Shown: positions 58,015 to 64,000 of the stretch, in pieces
How positions within the stretch are numbered: the stretch's first letter is position 1
Layout: each line of letters begins with the position of its first letter
Assembly: GCA_963707025.1 (NCBI GenBank)
Contig: CAVPOM010000018.1
Span: 608,001 to 672,000 of the forward strand
Direction: 5' to 3'
DNA: 64,000 bases
DNA from: an uncultured Verrucomicrobiae bacterium
GTDB lineage: Bacteria; Verrucomicrobiota; Verrucomicrobiia; Limisphaerales; Palsa-1400
Program-made: the position numbers and the translations under genes
The notes under the pieces: generated by a model
Seen by the model: only the letters and a program-made list of their open reading frames with translations
Databases searched by the model: none
What the model was told of the DNA's origin: nothing

Positions 58015-59031
58015 TTACCCTTTCCGCTGCATCACCCGCACGTTGCTGGTCACGATGTCCAGGATGTAAATGCGTCCGGCGGAATCCACCGCCGCATCAA
58101 TGCCGCCGTGGATGCAATCGTTCAGGTCGTTGCAGGCGTGGGCGTTTTCCGGGAAGGATTCCGCCCCCGCCACCACGGACTCAAACTCGCCGCCGGCGCT
58201 GTAAATTTTCACGCGCGGAATGCCCTTCTCACAGGTCACGATCCGCCCGTCGGCCAGGGCGGCCAGGCCGATGGGATTGCAACAGCCGCAGAACCCCTCG
58301 GTGGCGGCGCTGGGTTTGCCCCAGGCGCCCTCCAGATCGCCGTCAAAAGTGTAGGCTTCGATCTGATGCCGGCCCGGATTGTTGACACGCAACAAGCCGT
58401 CCCGATGGATGATCACGTCCAGAAACGGACTGGGCACGATGAGTCCCGGCACGTTGCGCTGCGCATTCTTCCGGCCGATCCGCCCGACGATCTTTCCGCT
58501 CCGGTCGTAGCGCAGCACGACCAGTTTGACGGCATCGGCCGCAAAGACATCCTGCCCGCCCGCCGCCAGCCCGGTAAACCAGGTCTTCGGGTCCGGCGAT
58601 TCCCAACGGGCCGTGCGCCCGCCCTTGGCGTCAAACACCTCGATGTGGTCGCGCAAGCCGGCGAAAATGGTTCCCTCCCCGGCCACGGCGACACAGCCGG
58701 CCGGGCCCGCCAGGGCCAATTCCAATCCGGGCTGGCCGGAGCGGCTCAGCAAATTGATATAGTTGCCCGCGCACACATAAAGCTGGTCATCGGGCCCGAT
58801 GGCCAGCCGGCGGGCGTCCTTGTGCGGAACCGGCCAGCGCGTGACTTCCTCGTAGGCGATGAGTTTGGGATCGGTCTTCTGGAAACGGGAAACGTCGTAG
58901 GCAAAAGGGTTGGCCGTTCCCTGTCCGGCCGCGCCGGCCCGCGCACCGCCCGCCAGGCCCAGGAGGGCGGCGGTTTTGGCGACGACACCGAAAAACTCCC
59001 TTCGGTCGAGCAGCTCAAGTTCTGGTTTCAT
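58015..59031 (-). CDS. Tat-exported NHL-type beta-propeller protein with an FCGCCNP motif
   Basis: DRREFF signal, NHL-like repeats, EGFCGCCNP, VTCEKGIPRVKIY, AVDSAGRIYILD. Confidence 0.82.
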   Translation of the reverse strand: MKPELELLDRREFFGVVAKTAALLGLAGGARAGAAGQGTANPFAYDVSRFQKTDPKLIAYEEVTRWPVPHKDARRLAIGPDDQLYVCAGNYINLLSRSGQPGLELALAGPAGCVAVAGEGTIFAGLRDHIEVFDAKGGRTARWESPDPKTWFTGLAAGGQDVFAADAVKLVVLRYDRSGKIVGRIGRKNAQRNVPGLIVPSPFLDVIIHRDGLLRVNNPGRHQIEAYTFDGDLEGAWGKPSAATEGFCGCCNPIGLAALADGRIVTCEKGIPRVKIYSAGGEFESVVAGAESFPENAHACNDLNDCIHGGIDAAVDSAGRIYILDIVTSNVRVMQRKG

Positions 59032-59279
59032 AGCGGCCTCGAGGTGGATGGGCCGAGCGCTTGCTTGGCGGACAAAGCGTTGGGCAGCCCGCAGTCTTCA
59101 AAAACCGCGCAACCCCGGCAGAGGCCGGCGCTGATGCAGACCTGGCCGGCGGGCCGGGCGGCCTCGCGCCCGGCCAGCCGGCCGGTCACCGCGGCCAGCC
59201 CGCCCAGGATGGCGAAGCGCAGCCCGTCGCGCAGGAATTGGCGGCGGCCGGCGCTGGAATTGGGAGAGCGTCTGTTCAT
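59028..59279 (-). CDS. Small Tat-signal four-cysteine protein
   Basis: GRRQFLR, a hydrophobic stretch, then C-x5-C-x2-C-x5-C; ATGA-coupled to the next gene. Confidence 0.75.
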   Translation of the reverse strand: MNRRSPNSSAGRRQFLRDGLRFAILGGLAAVTGRLAGREAARPAGQVCISAGLCRGCAVFEDCGLPNALSAKQALGPSTSRPL

Positions 59280-59512
59280 GACTCAGCCATTGGCATCAGC
59301 ATCCGCCATTGGAAAGAAACAGGCTTACCTTCTTTTGTTCAAGCCTTGACATTTCTTGCTTTGTTTTCGGATTGGCCCGTATGGAGAGATCATATCCAAA
59401 ATGGGTTCGTTTCTCTGCATGTTGGATTCAATAAAACATCCATAAGGGGCTTATTTTTAACTACTTATGAGTTTTTACATTTGGGTTCGTTTGGCAAAAA
59501 AGCGTTTTTTGG

Positions 59513-60484
59513 TCAAGGTCTGTCCGACACCTCCATGGTGATGGGCGGCGGGACGGCCTCGCCGTGGCGCATGCGCTGCAAGCGCTCCAACTGGATCATG
59601 GCGCGAAACATCTGCCGCTCCAGCTTGGTTTCGTAGCGCAGGATTTTGTCCAGGACCTCCGGCGCCGGCAGCACGGCCGCCGCCTGGCGCGCCTGCTCTT
59701 CGTTTGCCTCGCGCTTTTGACAAGCAGCTTTCAACCAGCCGAGCATGGCCAATTCTTTGTTCAAATAAGCCAGCGCTTTCTTATTATTCCGCTCCTGCAG
59801 GGCGGCGGCCTGCAAACCTTCCGGATTTTCCCGCAGTTTGAGGCGGAGTTCCTGCAAACCGCGCGTCAGGCGGTTGGGTTTGTGAAAATGCTGGACGAAC
59901 TCCTGGATGGCGGCCTCGGTCAGCCCGCCGGTTTTCTCCACCGCTGATTGAACATCGTCCAGGAATTTTTCGAGCAGGTGAATCCCCCAAACCGACTCTT
60001 CCATGCTGGCGATGGGGTCTGCAAAGGACTCCCAGAGCGTCCAGCGCAATTCCATCTGCGGCCGGCCGCGCGCCCACTGGCCTTGGTCCACGCTCAAGAC
60101 GATTTCGCCCGATTCGGCCCGCAAAGCCCGGCGCAGGCGCCAGTGGGTGGTGACGATCTGGTCCACGAGCATTTCCTCCACCGGCCCGGCCGGCTTTAAC
60201 TCCTGCCAGAACCGCTCGGAGAGGGCGTCCAATTCCCGGCTGTTTTCATGGAGATTCAACCCGCGCACCAGCACCTCCCTGGAGAGGATGCCGTGCTGGA
60301 GGGCGTTCATTTTGGAAACGGCGCGGCCCCGCGGGGTTTTCGGCCCGGTGGATTTGAGGGCGTTGCGCCGGTTGGCGGCGAGTTTTTTCAAGGAAACCGA
60401 TCCGGGCACAGGCTTATGCTTGTTTTCATTGGCCGTGACAGGGGCCGGCCCCGGCCTGTCATTGGGGAGGTTTTGTTCATTCAT
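59513..60484 (-). CDS. Hypothetical protein of the 'ANRRNA.KSTGPKT..G' family
   Basis: KKLAANRRNALKSTGPKTPRGRAVSKMNALQHG, WRLRRA, ILRYETKLERQMFRA..QLERLQ. Confidence 0.8.
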   Translation of the reverse strand: MNEQNLPNDRPGPAPVTANENKHKPVPGSVSLKKLAANRRNALKSTGPKTPRGRAVSKMNALQHGILSREVLVRGLNLHENSRELDALSERFWQELKPAGPVEEMLVDQIVTTHWRLRRALRAESGEIVLSVDQGQWARGRPQMELRWTLWESFADPIASMEESVWGIHLLEKFLDDVQSAVEKTGGLTEAAIQEFVQHFHKPNRLTRGLQELRLKLRENPEGLQAAALQERNNKKALAYLNKELAMLGWLKAACQKREANEEQARQAAAVLPAPEVLDKILRYETKLERQMFRAMIQLERLQRMRHGEAVPPPITMEVSDRP

Positions 60485-60491
60485 GCCTGGC

Positions 60492-60541
60492 AATATATTC
60501 CCAAAGACATAATATGTCAATAGATTAATATTCCCAAAGAC
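60492..60541 (-). promoter_or_regulatory. Sigma70 promoter with overlapping direct and inverted repeats
   Basis: TTGACA-17-TATATT-7-ATG; ATATTCCCAAAGAC at 60495 and 60528; palindrome GACATA-A-TATGTC at 60506-60518. Confidence 0.7.
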
Positions 60542-60992
60542 GTTTTTTCTGCGCGGTATGCGGGAAGCCCTGCACAAGTCAGGCTCGACGCAGGCGCAAC
60601 TGGGCGAAGCCTCGGGTAGTGCCTTAATCAGGGGAATTATATACGACATTACCCCGGGCTGGTTTTTATGGCGTTTGCAAATAACTGATGATCCAGTTTT
60701 TGGTTGGTTAGGAAGGTCGGGAGTTTGGGCGGGGATAATATCTGTTTGGCTTTCCACGACTTGTCTCAGGCAAGGCAGTTTTGTCCCCATTATTTCGTCT
60801 CCCCAATGGGCAACCCATGTTCAGCTTTCCGGGCTTGACCCTTGCACGAATGCTTTCGGAGGGCAAAATCATGGAAGGCAATATCATAAGAGGGGCCGGC
60901 TGAAACCAGACGAATTGGCGACAAAGGAAGGCAGGAGGAAGGGGCGCAAGCAAAGCGAGGATTGCAAAGGGAGCCTGGAAAGGCCGGAAAAC

Positions 60993-61259
60993 TCAGGGGC
61001 ATCTTGTCCGATAGGGCAAATATATGGTTTGACCCCTTTGACCCCTTTGCTTGCCGTCCGCGGAATTGACCTCGACAAGAACCCGGCTTGGATGACCGCG
61101 CCTGGCAAGCTTGCTCGAAATCACGGCGACGATGGTTTGTGCCAAACCGCTGTCGAGATTGTTCCGCTGGATGACCAACGCGGGACGACGCTTGGCCGTG
61201 CGTAGATCGGAATTTGGGAAAAGCACCAGGGCAACCTCACCGCGTCGTGTCTTTGTCAT
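60993..61259 (-). pseudogene. PemK/MazF toxin, C-terminally truncated
   Basis: RGEVALVLFPNSDLRTAKRRPALVIQ...IVAVISS. Similarity ends near 61047, where a GGGGTCAAA tandem begins. Confidence 0.8.
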
Positions 61260-61470
61260 AAATGTCGGCTTCCGGCCGATCCCAATCCTCGGCGAAGGTC
61301 TTCAATCGCGCACGAAGTTCGGCGGCTTGAGCTTCGTCAATTCCCCGCGCCGGCAAGTCAACGCCGCTGGATTCAAGCAACGTCACCAACACGCGTGATT
61401 GGCTCACTTGCGGAGGTGTCTTGGCGAGCTCCACTTTTCCATTCTTATAGGTGCCTTCGATAGTCAGCAT
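61237..61470 (-). CDS. Putative antitoxin upstream of the MazF-like toxin
   Basis: MLTIEGTYKNGKVEL...VLVTLL...FAEDWDRPEADIYD; overlaps the toxin start. Confidence 0.8.
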   Translation of the reverse strand: MLTIEGTYKNGKVELAKTPPQVSQSRVLVTLLESSGVDLPARGIDEAQAAELRARLKTFAEDWDRPEADIYDKDTTR

Positions 61471-61548
61471 AACTATCTGTGAAAATACCACGCGTGGCTG
61501 GCTTTGTGAAGCCAAAGTGAGATTAAAATTAGGAATGGCGGCCGGAGA

Positions 61549-62967
61549 TTATTTTGGGGGCGAGGGCGCCGCAACGTCCAGGCAGACCAGGCGGGTGAAG
61601 TCGCGGGCCAGGAGACGGCCCCCAACCAGGGCCATCGGGCCCCAGGCCTCGCCGCCTTTGAGGACTTGGGCCTGGGCCAGAAGCTGGAAGCGCGTCGAGC
61701 TGTCTTCCATCAAACTGAGTTTGCCGTCCTCGTTCATCACAAAGAAAAGGCCGTCGGCCAGCAGGAAGGGAGACCTTCCGAAGGAATCCACCGCCGGGCT
61801 GGCCCAGACCACTTTGCCGTCCAGGCCCAGGCAGACGAATTGGCCGTTGGGCCGGGTGCCGAAGATATGGCCATCGTGGAAAATGGGGGTCTGCTGGGTC
61901 GCGCCGAAAATTTCCGGAGGGAGCTTCCAGAGCGTTTTTGGCACGAGCCGGCCAGCCTGGTCCTCGAGTTGGAGGAGCAGGCTGCCGGCGTTGTAGCCGC
62001 CGGACAGAAAGATCTTCCCGCCTTCCAGCACGAGCGGCGAGGGCACGGTGGCGATGCTGATTTTCCAGGAGTTGGTTTCCCAGAGCAGCGCGCCGTCTTT
62101 GGCCGAAATGCCGGCCACACCGCCGCTGGCGCAATAGACATAAAACCGCTGGCCGCCGAATTCCATCGGCATGACGGAAGAATGGGTCATCTTCCAGCCG
62201 CGGGGATTGGGCGCGCGCCAGAGGGTTTTTCCGGTCGCAAGGTCCACGGCGGCGAGCAGGGCATCGTGGCCGCCGGGGGCCAGAATGACGGCGTTGCCGT
62301 CCAGGAGCGGGCATTGGCCGGCGTACCACAGCGGAACGGTCGCTCCATATTCGGAGACCAGGTTCATGCCCCAGCGCAATTCCCCCGAGGCCGCGTCCAG
62401 ACAAAGGACATGGCACTTGGGATCCATGGCGACGACGAATTTGTCCGAGACGGCCGGCACGGTGCGGGTCATGCCATGGTTTTGCTTGACTGTCAGGGTG
62501 TAGGCGTAGCGCCAAATCTCGCCGCCGTCGGCCAGGGAGAGACAGCGCAGAGCGTTCCGCTTTTTGGCCTTGTCGTAATCCATGAGGTAAACGCGCCCCT
62601 GCTGCACGGCGACGCCGGCATAACCGTCCCCGCAATCCACGGCCCACAACTGGCGCGGCCCGGCGGGGTCCCAGGCGCGGGCCAGGGGCGTGGATTCCGG
62701 GCTGATGCCATCGCGATGAGGCCCGCGGAACTGGGGCCAGAAGCCGGGGAGATTGGCCGGCTGGGCCTTGCCTGGGATGAGTTTGCCGGCCAGGATGGGA
62801 TTGAGCGCAGCCGCGCCGTCAGCGCCGGGCGGCTGATCGGCTCCGGGAAGGCGCTCGGAAAGAGTCTTTGCATCCGGATGCGCCCACCAGAAAAGCAGCG
62901 CGGCCAGGGCGCAAACCGCGGCCAGCAGCGGCAAGGCCGCAGCGTATCGAGAACGATCAAATTTCAT
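61549..62967 (-). CDS. PQQ-binding-like (BamB-like) beta-propeller protein with N-terminal anchor
   Basis: WPQFRGPHRDG, GYAGVAV..GRVY, G..LW repeats, WGPMALVGGRLLARD. Confidence 0.88.
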   Translation of the reverse strand: MKFDRSRYAAALPLLAAVCALAALLFWWAHPDAKTLSERLPGADQPPGADGAAALNPILAGKLIPGKAQPANLPGFWPQFRGPHRDGISPESTPLARAWDPAGPRQLWAVDCGDGYAGVAVQQGRVYLMDYDKAKKRNALRCLSLADGGEIWRYAYTLTVKQNHGMTRTVPAVSDKFVVAMDPKCHVLCLDAASGELRWGMNLVSEYGATVPLWYAGQCPLLDGNAVILAPGGHDALLAAVDLATGKTLWRAPNPRGWKMTHSSVMPMEFGGQRFYVYCASGGVAGISAKDGALLWETNSWKISIATVPSPLVLEGGKIFLSGGYNAGSLLLQLEDQAGRLVPKTLWKLPPEIFGATQQTPIFHDGHIFGTRPNGQFVCLGLDGKVVWASPAVDSFGRSPFLLADGLFFVMNEDGKLSLMEDSSTRFQLLAQAQVLKGGEAWGPMALVGGRLLARDFTRLVCLDVAAPSPPK

Positions 62968-63131
62968 CGCGGCACCCGGAGAACTTTACTGTCCATGCCG
63001 TGGGGGAAACAATGCCAAAGCGTTTGCCACAGCGAATTATACCGTTTCCAGTTCGTAACGGCACTATTGCCAAGGCGATTGGCGGCGGTCGCAGACCGCC
63101 GCTACAGTGCAAAAGCAAACCGGAAAAGGTA

Positions 63132-64000
63132 TTAAAGGGCCGGGGCGGGCTTCCAGGCGTCGGCCTCCAGTTCAAAGAGCAGATCGTCCCGACAGATGCC
63201 GCACTGCGCGGCCAGGGCCGGCAGGGAACGCAAATCGCGCCGGGCGCACCAGGCGGCGAATTCCGGCAGGCTGGCGCGATTCTTGAAATAGGCGGTGGCG
63301 CGGGTGATGTCGGAAAAGGCAAAGCCGCGCGAGGCCAAAATGATTTCGACCACTTCCATGGTGTGCTGGATTTGCCGGCGCAGGTTCCCCGGCCACAGCG
63401 TCTGCCCGCCGGCCGCGATGCTGGCCGTGCCGGAAATCAAAAGACGGCGGCCGTGGAGGGAGGAAATCTCCATGGCGCGGCTGAAGGAACTGCCATAGGC
63501 CGCGGCGGGACACTGCAAGGGGGAGTGAACTTCGGCAAGGCGCGCGGAGGAGTCCAGGGGTTGCACCGCCCAGGCGCCGGCCACCAGCGCGGTGCCAGCG
63601 GGATTCCGGGCGGAAATACCCGTGCTGGCCGGCGAGGATCCGCTGCGAAAATTGATGCGCGCATAGGCCTGCGTTCTGGCCTGGTTGAAGGGGCGGTACC
63701 AGGAAAGAAGCTCATCGAGATAGAACCAGGTGCGCACGACATCGCCCAGCGCGAAACCGGCTTGGGCCAGGGCGGTTTCCATAAGTCCCAGCGTTTGCCG
63801 GAATTGATCGGGGCGCGCAGCGGAAAACAGGCTCGGCCCCAGGCCGCCCAGCAGACAATGGCGCAGGGCGCCGTCTTCAAAGACAGAACCGACGACCCGG
63901 CCGTGGAGCGCGATGGGCTGGACCCGGCCGGCGCTGAAAGCGAAGGCCTGCATGCCCGGCGATCGGATGGCCATCACACCCGGCGCCTTCCACCCAAGTG
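63132..64000 (-). CDS. Tandem Rid/YjgF-fold protein (chorismatase-like architecture); 5' end probably beyond the window
   Basis: VVRTWFYL..LLSWY..FNQART, PASTGI, YGSSFSRA, LLISGTASI, ICRDDLLFELEADA. Confidence 0.82.
   Translation of the reverse strand, partial: LGWKAPGVMAIRSPGMQAFAFSAGRVQPIALHGRVVGSVFEDGALRHCLLGGLGPSLFSAARPDQFRQTLGLMETALAQAGFALGDVVRTWFYLDELLSWYRPFNQARTQAYARINFRSGSSPASTGISARNPAGTALVAGAWAVQPLDSSARLAEVHSPLQCPAAAYGSSFSRAMEISSLHGRRLLISGTASIAAGGQTLWPGNLRRQIQHTMEVVEIILASRGFAFSDITRATAYFKNRASLPEFAAWCARRDLRSLPALAAQCGICRDDLLFELEADAWKPAPAL

Noticed and set aside
60558..61205. 215-aa plus-strand ORF and the N-terminal extension of 59513-60790
   Set aside because: No motifs and atypical composition; a clear promoter sits directly before ATG 60484.
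54225..62967. Calling the two propellers BamB or PQQ dehydrogenases
   Set aside because: Only generic propeller repeats are visible. There is no lipobox or bam context, and no recognisable quinoprotein catalytic motifs.
1..64000. tRNA, rRNA or riboswitch genes
   Set aside because: None recognised by eye; a tRNAscan/Infernal run would be needed to exclude small RNAs.

Overview
High-GC bacterial chromosome window. Gene content and repeats suggest Verrucomicrobiota subdivision 3, but this is inference only. Core genes: moxR (partial), tlyA-NAD kinase, ftsK, ridA-rmuC, purA-uppS-cdsA-dxr, rsmI, thrH, plsY-gpsA, lpxB, pta, hisC. Two sugar-acid catabolic clusters are present: uxaE/exuT/uxaC/SDR, and MFS/enolase-family dehydratase/AraD1/hydroxyacid dehydrogenase. 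Accessory material: (i) a defence-like block with a TIR-domain fusion gene split by an IS4 (9-bp TSD), upstream of a Ser/Thr kinase; (ii) a second IS4 carrying a divergent DUF6788-like ORF, inserted into a palindromic repeat (12-bp TSD); (iii) an LRR + DEDDh-exonuclease/J-domain cassette bounded by a degenerate 42-bp duplication; (iv) four toxin-antitoxin loci, one sitting inside the remnant of a type III R-M operon; (v) a ~15-kb minus-strand gene cluster for an uncharacterised membrane/periplasmic redox complex (two PQQ-like propellers, three Tat substrates, a NapH-like polyferredoxin, a fused NuoEF/HydCB and a catalytically 'headless' Fe-S/flavin subunit). Several essential genes carry single-base frameshifts that are most likely long-read assembly errors. 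I saw no rRNA, tRNA or CRISPR array. Family assignments come from motif recognition by eye, not from database searches.
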